From a virus (lineage: Duplodnaviria; Heunggongvirae; Uroviricota; Caudoviricetes), in the IMG/VR virus record IMGVR_UViG_2740892422_000002, positions 1 through 35,451 of that record: DNA of 35,451 bases; one strand, given 5' to 3'. This document shows positions 18,780 to 27,280 of the stretch, in pieces (position 1 is the stretch's first letter; the number at the start of each line of letters is the position of its first letter). The translations under genes were made by a program, and so were the position numbers. The notes under the pieces are model-generated. The model did no database searches and was not told where the DNA came from. It saw only the letters and a program-made list of their open reading frames with translations.

Positions 18780-19544
18780 TTACTCACTGTCAAAACGGGC
18801 CTGTTTTGTCGCCAGCTGGCGTGCCAGCTCCTGCTCACGGTTTATACCGGGATTGTAGTTCCAGCCCGGATCAATCCCTTCCGGCACATCTTCCTCTTCG
18901 CCCGTGCGTTTGTTCACCCAGCGGACGGTTCTGATTTCCGGCGCTTCGGTGTGAATGGTGCCCTGTGCCGCCAGTTGCGCATACTCACCACGGCTGACCT
19001 GACGGATGGTGCATTTGCAGCCCCAGCCGTTAGGGGCAAAATGTGTCTGCCAGAACGGATGATCTACCGGCAGACACAGACGCGCCCATTTCACATGCTC
19101 CGCCCGGTGCTCGCGGGATGGCCCCAGCTCGTAAATCAGATACGGCATGGCCCGCTTTGTCCGTTGAATGCGTTCCCACTGGCCCGCCGCGCGGGCAGTG
19201 CGCATGTTGGTGTCAAAAATCGTACGGAGGCGGCGGTCGCTGCCCTGTTGCACGGTGCGGGTTTCACCCGTCAGCGGATCATCCATCTCCTGTACGCCCC
19301 ACCATCCGCGTTTTATCAGCAGCGGTTGCAGCGCCTCCCGGAACTCACTGAACGTCTGCCCGCTTTGCAGGGCGTCTTCCACAAGGGCTTTCACATCCGA
19401 CAACAAATCCAGTTGCAGCATTTTTGCCACGGTGAAGCTGTTCCGGTGCTCTTCCCGCCATACATCCCGGTAATCAAAACCGGGGCGCAGCTTCTTCGCC
19501 TTCAGCCACGCCAGCGCCTCTTTCGGGATGAGAGTTTCACGCAT
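18780..19544 (-). CDS. head morphogenesis protein (Mu F-like)
   Basis: 254-aa product from ATG at 19544 (MRETLIPKEALAWLK...); follows the portal gene. Confidence 0.8.
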   Translation of the reverse strand: MRETLIPKEALAWLKAKKLRPGFDYRDVWREEHRNSFTVAKMLQLDLLSDVKALVEDALQSGQTFSEFREALQPLLIKRGWWGVQEMDDPLTGETRTVQQGSDRRLRTIFDTNMRTARAAGQWERIQRTKRAMPYLIYELGPSREHRAEHVKWARLCLPVDHPFWQTHFAPNGWGCKCTIRQVSRGEYAQLAAQGTIHTEAPEIRTVRWVNKRTGEEEDVPEGIDPGWNYNPGINREQELARQLATKQARFDSE

Positions 19545-21108
19545 GAGCAGTGTCCCCCAGCACACGCGCCTTAAAGCACACCTCCGCCAGTTGCAGGGCA
19601 AAGTCGTCCGCGTTCAGCGTTTCCTGAAGCTCAGGCAGACGTTTCAGAAAGTCATCAAAACTGTCGCATTCCTGCGCCAGTGTCAGCACCGGGTTCGTGA
19701 ACGCCTCGCCGGTTTTCTGCCAGTCACGCAGGGCATCATCCACCATCTGTGCCAGTTCATCGGGGTGTTCACGGTTCAGGGCGACGCGCTCGCGGTTCAT
19801 CGCCATATCACCTGACATTCCGGCAGACACCGGATGCAGAACATCAGCCCCGTCGTCCGGTTCAGCCAGGCCGAACCGGTCCCGCAGCTCCGATTCCTGA
19901 ACCCGCATCCCCCGGTCAATCAGTGGCACCAGAGCGTCTGTCAGCGCCTTCAAATCTTCCGCTTCACTGATACGCAGAACAACACGGGGGTAGTGCGCCT
20001 GTGGCCCGTAGTTGGCCTCAATGTAGGGGCGTACCAGATATTCATTCAGCGTGTTAGCCAGCTGCCGCGCGTCCCAGCGCACAATGTCCATGCGCACCTG
20101 ATTGTGCACGTCCGCCTGTGAACGCGAACTGCCGTTATCCGTGGTCATGGTCTGCCCCAGCACGGCTTTACTGATTTGCGCATCACACCATTCCGCCATT
20201 TCACGGAACAGTGCGCCGCCGTTATTCCTGCTGGCGGTTTCCTTCATCTCCAGTTGCATGGACTGCGGAATGGCACACCCGGCATCCGAGGCAATGGAGG
20301 CAATCGCATCAATCAGCACGCGGATTTGCTCCTCCGTGGCGTTGGGACCGTATTTCCCCACCGTGACCGGAATGCCGAATTTTTCCGCAAATGCCCACCA
20401 GTCGCGCACGGTAAAGGATTTCAGCATGTACATCACCGCCACCAGACGGGCCAGACCGTTACGCAACGGCAGACCGGATTTCAGGCGCGGCTGGTGAACA
20501 ATGAATTTTCCCGGTGTCAGCGGTACGCCATCCACCGGTTCATCGTCCGTCAGCAGGCGGAACTGGCGCAGCGTGGGTTTTTCGGCTTTCAGAAAACGGG
20601 GATCAACCCATTCATAATCACGGGGCATCCAGTGGTTGTTGCGGGTGTCCCACAGGATTTCACAGACCGCCACGCCTTTTCCCAGCCCGTCGAGCAAATC
20701 AAACATCAGCTCAGGGATTTGCGGGGCTTCCATCAGCGCACGGATGGCGTCCGCCAGTTGCACGTCAGCATCGTCATCACTGGCGGCCACCACCACCGGT
20801 TCGATACCCGCCACCGTCAGCTTGCGGGTGCGCAGCACCGAGGCGTAATGCAAATCGCGTTCTTCCATCTCTTCAGCAAGGATAAAAAAATCACGTGTGA
20901 TGCCGTCGGCGGCATTGCGCAGAATGCCTGCCAGCCTGCCGGGGTTCAGCCCGGAGGCGACGCTGATACCCGGCGAGGCCGAACGCACACCGGCATGACG
21001 CGGACGGGCCTGTGCTTCGTTGAGCGCCTCTTTTTTCAGCGTGTCTTCCTCACCGGTTGCCGGGTTCAGCAGACGGCGAACGGCCCCGGCCAGTTGTTTC
21101 AGGTTCAC
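19537..21108 (-). CDS. portal protein (Mu H/gp29-like)
   Basis: 523-aa ORF with GTG start at 21108 preceded by GGGAGG RBS; GTGA overlap with terminase large stop. Confidence 0.85.
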   Translation of the reverse strand: MNLKQLAGAVRRLLNPATGEEDTLKKEALNEAQARPRHAGVRSASPGISVASGLNPGRLAGILRNAADGITRDFFILAEEMEERDLHYASVLRTRKLTVAGIEPVVVAASDDDADVQLADAIRALMEAPQIPELMFDLLDGLGKGVAVCEILWDTRNNHWMPRDYEWVDPRFLKAEKPTLRQFRLLTDDEPVDGVPLTPGKFIVHQPRLKSGLPLRNGLARLVAVMYMLKSFTVRDWWAFAEKFGIPVTVGKYGPNATEEQIRVLIDAIASIASDAGCAIPQSMQLEMKETASRNNGGALFREMAEWCDAQISKAVLGQTMTTDNGSSRSQADVHNQVRMDIVRWDARQLANTLNEYLVRPYIEANYGPQAHYPRVVLRISEAEDLKALTDALVPLIDRGMRVQESELRDRFGLAEPDDGADVLHPVSAGMSGDMAMNRERVALNREHPDELAQMVDDALRDWQKTGEAFTNPVLTLAQECDSFDDFLKRLPELQETLNADDFALQLAEVCFKARVLGDTAHA

Positions 21109-22640
21109 AGTAAACCTCCCTCATTTTTCAGGCCGCGCGTCAGCTTCATCTGGCGGCGCGCGTTGCGTTCTTCCGGTTTCGCCGGGCGGTTCAGGCGGTG
21201 CAGTTCGTAACGGTGGCAGTCATCCTTGCTGGCAAGGAAGCCCAGGAAAATGGCCACAGCGGCGTCGCCGTGACGTTTGTGACCGTCGCTGCCTCTGGTT
21301 CGTGAATCATCAATGCCGGGAACGCCACGCAGTAACTGAATGGCCCCGAGGTCATTGATCACGTCTTCATGCTTCGGAAGGATCAGCTCATCATCTTCAA
21401 ACGCTGCACGGAACCGGGGCATGTTTTCGCGGTAGAACGCCACGGACAGCATCACCTGTTCCACTTCGTCGCCGTACCGCTCCGCCGCCTGTTCTGCCAG
21501 ATACTGACCATTCCCCCGCGCATCCATTTTGATACCGTCACGACGGGGCAGACGATCGCAAAGCCAGAACAGCACCTGCTCCTGCTGTTTAAACGGCACA
21601 TTGCCAAGCTCAACCAGGAACGGCACCTCGCGGGTGGTGTCATCGTTCACCGTCACCGGGGCCAGTACGGTCAGGTCACCCGAACGCGCAAAGTCTTCCC
21701 CCAGACAGTGGCGCAGGTTCTTCGGGAGTTTTTTCAGCTCGGGGCGCACCACCGTTTCCAGCCATTCCCGGATATCTGCCCGGCGCTGGCTTTCCGTCAG
21801 TGCGTTAAATTCCGGTGTGCCGGTAAAGCGCAACACTTTCCCGGTGCCACGGGCCGCACGTTCACGCAGTGAGCGGCGGATATACGTGCCGCCGCCGTTT
21901 TTCGGGACGCAGTAATACTCCTCCAGCGCGTCTTCGCGGGTGGCGGTATTTCGCAGCAGGCCTTCTTTCCATTCCGCCTCGGCTTCCGGTGACCACACCA
22001 TGCCGCGCACCTGACAGATACGTCGGTACAGCCCGTCATTGCAGGCGTCGTCCAGCGTGATGGTGTGAATGCTGTAATCTTTTTTGCCCGCGCGGCTTTC
22101 CTGAATCAGCTGGTTAAACAGGTTGTCCACGCCGTCATGGGTGGAAATAAGGCGAATTTTGCCGCCCCATGTTTTCAGCGGCAGCACAGCCTTCAGCAGC
22201 TCGTCCAGTTTTTCATGGAACGCGGCCTCGTCGATGGTGACATTCCCCTGCATCCCGCGAATGTTGCTCGGGTTGCTGGACAGTGCCTTGACCTTAAAAC
22301 CGCTGGCGAAGTACACGACGAACGTCAGAATGTCCTTGTCTTCGTCGGTGATCACTTCCTCGCAGATTTCTTCCGCTGCCGCATTAAACGCTTTCGCCCA
22401 CATCGCCACAGCGTCGATAAATTCGCGGGCCATCTCCTTATTCGAACCGATATAAAAGTGATCGCGCCCGCCGTCTTCCTTCTTCAGCGATGCCGTCAGT
22501 GCTGCATCTGCCGCCTCCGCCCAGGTTAAACCTGTACGGCGGGATTTCTCGGCGATTTTCAGGTCGGCATCATCCGCCACCCAGCGTTTCTGATACGGCA
22601 GCAGAACATCATATTCACTGAACGTATCCATTTGTGTCAT
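21105..22640 (-). CDS. terminase large subunit
   Basis: 511-aa ORF; ATGA overlap with the terminase small gene; ATPase and nuclease-like regions; position upstream of portal. Confidence 0.9.
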   Translation of the reverse strand: MTQMDTFSEYDVLLPYQKRWVADDADLKIAEKSRRTGLTWAEAADAALTASLKKEDGGRDHFYIGSNKEMAREFIDAVAMWAKAFNAAAEEICEEVITDEDKDILTFVVYFASGFKVKALSSNPSNIRGMQGNVTIDEAAFHEKLDELLKAVLPLKTWGGKIRLISTHDGVDNLFNQLIQESRAGKKDYSIHTITLDDACNDGLYRRICQVRGMVWSPEAEAEWKEGLLRNTATREDALEEYYCVPKNGGGTYIRRSLRERAARGTGKVLRFTGTPEFNALTESQRRADIREWLETVVRPELKKLPKNLRHCLGEDFARSGDLTVLAPVTVNDDTTREVPFLVELGNVPFKQQEQVLFWLCDRLPRRDGIKMDARGNGQYLAEQAAERYGDEVEQVMLSVAFYRENMPRFRAAFEDDELILPKHEDVINDLGAIQLLRGVPGIDDSRTRGSDGHKRHGDAAVAIFLGFLASKDDCHRYELHRLNRPAKPEERNARRQMKLTRGLKNEGGLL

Positions 22641-23218
22641 GCGCTAATCCCCAGAATTTCACGTTTGATGGTGTCAGCCGCACCACCTGACAGACCGCCC
22701 GTTCTGACCAGTTCTTCGGTTTTCTCTGCCATCTCCTGCGCAAACGCATCGCGGATCGCTTTCTCGCGTTTATGGCTGGTCATGGCTGCCGCTTCCAGAC
22801 GCTGGGCAACCAGCGCCAGTTGCCCCAGCGCCTTCGGTGCAACGGGCTTGTCGTCTTCTGCCATCGACATGGACGTTTCAAAGGCCAGCGTTTTCACAAA
22901 CTCCATCAGCAGCTTGCCGACGTCTGACGTCGGCGCGGAACCCAGCTTTGCCGCCCAGACTTCGGCCATTTCGCGGGAGGCGCGGATTTTGGCCCCGACT
23001 TTTTCCATGCGGATGGCATAGCGGTTTAAGCCCGTCCGGCTTAACTGCATCTCTTCCGGCAGGTTGTGTTCGTCAATCAGGGCGTTGATGGCTTCGCGGA
23101 TTTCTTCCTGCGTGTGCCGCTTTTCCCGCAGCATCTGATGCAACTGCTCCCGGATGCTGTCAGGGAGTAAATCCACTTTGGAAAGACGGCCACGGGTGGG
23201 GCGTTGTTCATTTTCCAT
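22637..23218 (-). CDS. terminase small subunit-like DNA-binding protein (Mu gp27/D-like)
   Basis: 193-aa product from ATG at 23218 with AGGAGG RBS (the ORF-track start at 23239 is a GTG); ...SKVDLLPDSIREQLHQML... typical of the Mu-like terminase small subunit family. Confidence 0.7.
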   Translation of the reverse strand: MENEQRPTRGRLSKVDLLPDSIREQLHQMLREKRHTQEEIREAINALIDEHNLPEEMQLSRTGLNRYAIRMEKVGAKIRASREMAEVWAAKLGSAPTSDVGKLLMEFVKTLAFETSMSMAEDDKPVAPKALGQLALVAQRLEAAAMTSHKREKAIRDAFAQEMAEKTEELVRTGGLSGGAADTIKREILGISA

Positions 23219-23355
23219 GTGTGCCCTCCTGTTGCTCACTACGCTGTAAACTTTCGTATGCAGATTTCAGTGCGCCGCTCTGGATTTCCCGCCATGTCAG
23301 GTTGTGCGCCAGACGGCGGAGTTCATCACGGGACGCTTTACTTATCGGATTCTTT

Positions 23356-23655
23356 TTACGGTTCACGACGGCCCCCGTCTTCAGTTCCCGGTGTTTTCAG
23401 ACCGGCGTATATTTCTTCGCGAACGGAGCGGATATCCTTACCCAGCAGCTTCCACAGCCGCGCACATGCCGGTGATGAACGCAGGGCACGTTTCATGGGG
23501 GTATCCGGTGCATCCGGGTTCCAGGGCTTTCCGGTCTGTTGTTCATATGCACGGGCGATGGCGTTTTTCTCAATATCCGCGAGCACAAGACAGTACGCCA
23601 GCTGCCGCACGACGGCCCGTTCTCCGCGACTTAACGGCTTCAGTTTTCGGGCCAT
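23356..23655 (-). CDS. hypothetical protein
   Basis: 99-aa ORF tightly packed after the upstream gene; no family recognised. Confidence 0.4.
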   Translation of the reverse strand: MARKLKPLSRGERAVVRQLAYCLVLADIEKNAIARAYEQQTGKPWNPDAPDTPMKRALRSSPACARLWKLLGKDIRSVREEIYAGLKTPGTEDGGRREP

Positions 23656-23657
23656 GC

Positions 23658-23951
23658 TCAGTCCCTCGCACGGGGTTTCTTAACGCCCGGAACGCTGGAC
23701 AGGCCGTTTGCCACATCCTCACCGCTGCCGGTGATTTCAGCCACGTAACAGCCGCCCACATCAGACAGACGAACCAGCCCCTGCTCGCGCAGCCATGCAA
23801 GCTGGGTGCGCACCACATCACGGGATACCTTATGACCGTAGGCCTGAAGGCAGGTCTGCAACACGGATTCATTCGCGCTGTCGCCACAGTCCAGCAGGGA
23901 ACGCAGCAACACCAGACGACGGTCTTCAGTGAGGATCTCTTTCATCGCCAT
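23658..23951 (-). CDS. hypothetical protein, possible winged-helix DNA-binding protein
   Basis: 97-aa ORF with ATG at 23951 overlapping the upstream stop; helix-rich N-terminal half. Confidence 0.45.
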   Translation of the reverse strand: MAMKEILTEDRRLVLLRSLLDCGDSANESVLQTCLQAYGHKVSRDVVRTQLAWLREQGLVRLSDVGGCYVAEITGSGEDVANGLSSVPGVKKPRARD

Positions 23952-24256
23952 TATTTTTTTTCCTTTAACTCGTTCTCTAATAACAAATCGCTGATGCGGG
24001 ATACCTGGCGGATGGATGGCCCCAGCTCTTTGATTTCTCCCCGCAGGTTGCTGATATCCAGTTGCAGGCGGTGGAACTCATCACGGTCGGGTAAATGGTG
24101 TACCTGGCTTTCCATCACCGACACGCGGGAACGGAGTGAATCAAACTCTTCACGTTTGACGTAGGTTTTCGCCAGAATCAACTGAAGCAGGTTTATTCCT
24201 GTCATCAGCAATGCCCACAGAATGGGCCAGTTGGCTCTGATCATTTCCCAGGACAC
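23951..24256 (-). CDS. membrane-anchored coiled-coil protein (DUF2730-like; candidate lysis accessory protein)
   Basis: 101-aa ORF with N-terminal hydrophobic segment WPILWALLMTGINLLQLIL followed by a charged coiled-coil region. Confidence 0.5.
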   Translation of the reverse strand: MSWEMIRANWPILWALLMTGINLLQLILAKTYVKREEFDSLRSRVSVMESQVHHLPDRDEFHRLQLDISNLRGEIKELGPSIRQVSRISDLLLENELKEKK

Positions 24257-24468
24257 GTTTTCCTCCTGCGTTCACGCATCTGCTGACAGTCAATACAGGT
24301 CACCACATCCGGCAGCGCCGCAAGGCGCTGTGCCGGAATAACGTTCCCGCAGTCATTGCATAAGCCCCGGCTGTGGGGCGCTTCTTTTGTCCGCGTCTGC
24401 CAGGCTTTAACGACGCTCTGACGCTCGTTCAGAACCACTTCACTGATGCGGTCGATTTCGTCGGTCAT
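24241..24468 (-). CDS. TraR/DksA-family C4 zinc-finger protein
   Basis: 75-aa ORF with CNDCG...(17 aa)...CIDCQ motif. Confidence 0.75.
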   Translation of the reverse strand: MTDEIDRISEVVLNERQSVVKAWQTRTKEAPHSRGLCNDCGNVIPAQRLAALPDVVTCIDCQQMRERRRKTCPGK

Positions 24469-25073
24469 TTCAGCCCCGCAGAAATTTTGTGACGGCTTGA
24501 CTTGCTGTAACGGGCAAAGCCGTCAAGGGTTCTTACACCGAGATAGCCCAGCGCCGGGGTAAGCAACATCAGCGTGATATCCCAGTCCGGTGACGGCATA
24601 TGCAGCGAGATACCTCTGGCACCGGCAATGGCTCCGGCAATCTGGCCGCAGGAGAGCAACAGCACATAGGCCAGACTGCTGTAACAGGAAAGGCGGGCCA
24701 GCAGCGGGCGCGTCTGGCGCACATAGCTGTCCGTGGCGTTGTCACCATTGCGGATGGTTTCCTGCTGTTCGTGGTGTGCGGCCTGCTGGTCAGCCAGCAC
24801 CAGCTTCTGCCGTTCCACCTCCAGCTGTTGCAGCTGAATTTTCAGGGTTTCCAGTTGTATCTGTTGTTCCGGTGGTAACATCGCCATCTTCTGTTCCAGA
24901 ACGCGCTGCTGTTCAGCCACCGGCAGGCTTTCCCGGACGCTTTCCACCATACCGGCCACCGAGTCAGCGGCAGCAGACGTGCTGCCACCAAACCAGCGCC
25001 CGACGGAACGAATCAGCCCCGGCCCGGCGTTCAGCAGAACAGAGGCGATGCCTGAAAGGGTTAACGGATCCAC
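24465..25073 (-). CDS. coiled-coil membrane protein (candidate spanin-like lysis protein)
   Basis: 202-aa product from GTG at 25073 preceded by GGAGG RBS; Gln/Glu-rich heptad-like region; C-terminal hydrophobic stretch containing LLLSCG. Confidence 0.4.
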   Translation of the reverse strand: MDPLTLSGIASVLLNAGPGLIRSVGRWFGGSTSAAADSVAGMVESVRESLPVAEQQRVLEQKMAMLPPEQQIQLETLKIQLQQLEVERQKLVLADQQAAHHEQQETIRNGDNATDSYVRQTRPLLARLSCYSSLAYVLLLSCGQIAGAIAGARGISLHMPSPDWDITLMLLTPALGYLGVRTLDGFARYSKSSRHKISAGLK

Positions 25074-25486
25074 GGGAAACCTCCATACAGATAACGCTGA
25101 AGACAGAGCAGACCGCCGCAACTGCCACCACACAGCCAGAACACCGGATGCACCGGTGACATCATCATCAGCGTGCTGAAGACGCAGCAGAAATACCCCA
25201 GCGCCCAGACCACCCATGACCACACGATGATGTGGCGACCAAAAGCCCGGTAACGGACTTCAGGCAGCAGGCGAAATGGCACATTCCCGAGGCTTGCGCT
25301 GTATGAAAACAACACCACCCCGGCAAAGGACAACAACATCAATACGAACGATCGCCAGCCACATAACATGCTGATGATGAACATGCAGAGTGTCAGTCCG
25401 GCCAGCGGCCATGGCGTTCTCATCAGTCGGGAACAAATCAGCCAGTCACACAGTTTTAAAATTTTGTTCATTACCTTTTTCCACAT
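25061..25486 (-). CDS. polytopic small membrane protein (candidate holin)
   Basis: 141-aa product from ATG at 25486 with GGGA RBS; three to four hydrophobic segments, Cys/Trp-rich. Confidence 0.4.
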   Translation of the reverse strand: MWKKVMNKILKLCDWLICSRLMRTPWPLAGLTLCMFIISMLCGWRSFVLMLLSFAGVVLFSYSASLGNVPFRLLPEVRYRAFGRHIIVWSWVVWALGYFCCVFSTLMMMSPVHPVFWLCGGSCGGLLCLQRYLYGGFPWIR

Positions 25487-25697
25487 TGAATTTTTCCCTG
25501 TACTTCTGGCACTGCCAGAAAATGTCCCGTGTATCCACGGAGTTCCAGCCACGCATGTAGTAGCTGGCGTGTGTGCCGTCATGGCCTGTATAGTCCAGCG
25601 GTTTCGGGGGCGGACCTCCGGCCATGCGGTGCAGAACCTCCTGACGCAGGCGGTCACGCCGCCCGGCTTTCAGTGAGGCATCCCAGCCTTTACCCAT
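25446..25697 (-). CDS. hypothetical protein (lysis cluster)
   Basis: 83-aa ORF whose ATG at 25697 follows the endolysin stop; no transmembrane segment or lipobox. Confidence 0.4.
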   Translation of the reverse strand: MGKGWDASLKAGRRDRLRQEVLHRMAGGPPPKPLDYTGHDGTHASYYMRGWNSVDTRDIFWQCQKYREKFNVEKGNEQNFKTV

Positions 25698-25698
25698 A

Positions 25699-26283
25699 TC
25701 ACCCCCGCGTGGCGGACATGATGCCCAGAGGGGTAAGACAGGCGTCGGTCAGCTTTTCCATGCGGTTAAACCAGCCGTTCAGGTATTTGCCCTGGGCGGG
25801 TTTTGATTTGATGATGTCGGCATAAAAGCGGGAACGACGGACAATACAGCGGGCCAGCAGCCAGTCAGGGGTGGACTGGCTCACGGCCTTGCGGGTACGC
25901 GGCCCGATGATGCCGTCAGCATCCACATCAGCGGCCTCCTGCAAAAGTTTGATAGCCTTTTTAACGCCATGCTGAACCGCCGCATCAAACACAAAAAGCG
26001 CCACGCCATCAGGCCACTGGTCACACCCGGCAGGCAGCCAGTAATCGCGCCAGTAAATCTGCGCAACCTGTTCGCGGGTCAAATCCTTAATGCGGGTATC
26101 CGGTTTGCCGTCGCCGTTGACGTCGGTTTTGCCGTCAATCACACCGTCGCGGCGGTCAGAAATGCCGTATTTGGTTTCGCCGCCACGGTCAGTGGGGTCA
26201 TTGACATAGACGCCTTCGATATCGGGACGCAGAATGAAATTCAGCGCATGTTCAAAGGCCGGGGAGAATTTTTGATTTTCCAT
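25699..26283 (-). CDS. endolysin, glycoside hydrolase family 108-like with C-terminal peptidoglycan-binding domain
   Basis: 194-aa ORF; N-terminal ...ALNFILRPDIEGVYVNDPTDRGGETKYGIS... matches the GH108 catalytic motif; no signal or SAR sequence. Confidence 0.8.
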   Translation of the reverse strand: MENQKFSPAFEHALNFILRPDIEGVYVNDPTDRGGETKYGISDRRDGVIDGKTDVNGDGKPDTRIKDLTREQVAQIYWRDYWLPAGCDQWPDGVALFVFDAAVQHGVKKAIKLLQEAADVDADGIIGPRTRKAVSQSTPDWLLARCIVRRSRFYADIIKSKPAQGKYLNGWFNRMEKLTDACLTPLGIMSATRG

Positions 26284-26338
26284 AAAAGCACCTGTGAAGC
26301 AGATTTAAACGTGGTCTGCTTCATGGTGCCGGAGGCAT

Positions 26339-26362
26339 AAAAAAAGCCGGATTTACCGGCTT
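26339..26362 (-). terminator. Rho-independent terminator-like hairpin with U-tract (copy A of a duplicated element)
   Basis: Minus strand AAGCCGG-TAAAT-CCGGCTT followed by T-run; lies between the secreted-protein gene stop (26385) and the endolysin start (26283). Confidence 0.6.
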
Positions 26363-26384
26363 CATTGAATATAAGGTTATTGGT

Positions 26385-26882
26385 TCAGTTAACTTTACGG
26401 GCAGAACACGTAGTCTTCATTACTGAACGTTCAATTTTTATCTTCCAGCCATTTACTGTTTTTTCGACAGGATCATCTTCAGCTTGCTTTAAATTTTTAA
26501 CTTGCATGAAATTCAGCGGGGCTGGGGTATCATCGTCCCATGATGTCGGGCGAACATAATCAGGGACAACAAAAGGCTCAAAAACAGTTTCACATAAAGC
26601 AGACGTCATTTGAGCGAACTCGTCGCTATCGGGGCGAACCGGTCCTGTAACATACTGCATTTTTATGTTGATTTCGTTATCTCGCACAGACGTCTTTAAA
26701 TCCTGATATACACCTAAGTTAAATCCTTTAAACTCAGCAATGGCAGCGTCACCTTTACCGTACCAGTCGGTATAGTCAACGGATGTTTTTTTCTGAAAAA
26801 CATCTTTGACTTTTTGCTGGAATGTATCCGCCGCTTGTACAGTAGTAACAGTTAGTAAAAGAATAAGGGGAAGATATTTCAT
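26385..26882 (-). CDS. secreted/periplasmic protein of unknown function (AT-rich moron)
   Basis: 165-aa ORF with N-terminal signal peptide MKYLPLILLLTVTTVQA|AD; markedly AT-rich relative to flanking phage genes. Confidence 0.7.
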   Translation of the reverse strand: MKYLPLILLLTVTTVQAADTFQQKVKDVFQKKTSVDYTDWYGKGDAAIAEFKGFNLGVYQDLKTSVRDNEINIKMQYVTGPVRPDSDEFAQMTSALCETVFEPFVVPDYVRPTSWDDDTPAPLNFMQVKNLKQAEDDPVEKTVNGWKIKIERSVMKTTCSARKVN

Positions 26883-27280
26883 TGTTCGTCCTTAAATAGT
26901 TGCATTTGATATTTTCCACGCTCCAGTCGGCGCATTCTTTTGATGGCCTGATATACCGTTTTGTATGTCACTTTGTAACGCTGCACCAGCTCCGCTACGT
27001 TTTTCCCATCAAAATCACGCCAGATGCGCATGTCTCTGATAAGATTTTCCAGTATTTTCCCTTTCGGAACATATACCTGAATCCCACCGATATGATTGCA
27101 AATCGCCACTACCAGCTCAAGGGAGTGGGCAGGGTTAACTCCAAGCCTTATCAGCTCTTGTCGCAACAGAGCATTCAGCTCAGCCAGTAAAGATGGAAAT
27201 CCCGATTTTTCCTGAACATCATCAAAATATTCAAGGATACTGTCGTCCTGATAATCACCAAATAAATCCTGCTCTTTCAT
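26879..27280 (-). CDS. mor: Mor/C-family transcriptional activator
   Basis: 133-aa ORF with acidic N-terminus and C-terminal ...AHSLELVVAICNHIGGIQVYVPKG...YKTVYQAIKRMRR... resembling Mu Mor/C; located directly after the gemA-like gene. Confidence 0.7.
   Translation of the reverse strand: MKEQDLFGDYQDDSILEYFDDVQEKSGFPSLLAELNALLRQELIRLGVNPAHSLELVVAICNHIGGIQVYVPKGKILENLIRDMRIWRDFDGKNVAELVQRYKVTYKTVYQAIKRMRRLERGKYQMQLFKDEQ

Noticed and set aside
25061-25657. Full-length ORF-track versions of the overlapping lysis-region ORFs (25061..25657 and 24465..25223).
   Set aside because: Their 5' parts overlap upstream genes in other frames with odd composition; internal starts with RBSs (ATG 25486, GTG 25073) give a clean non-overlapping tiling.
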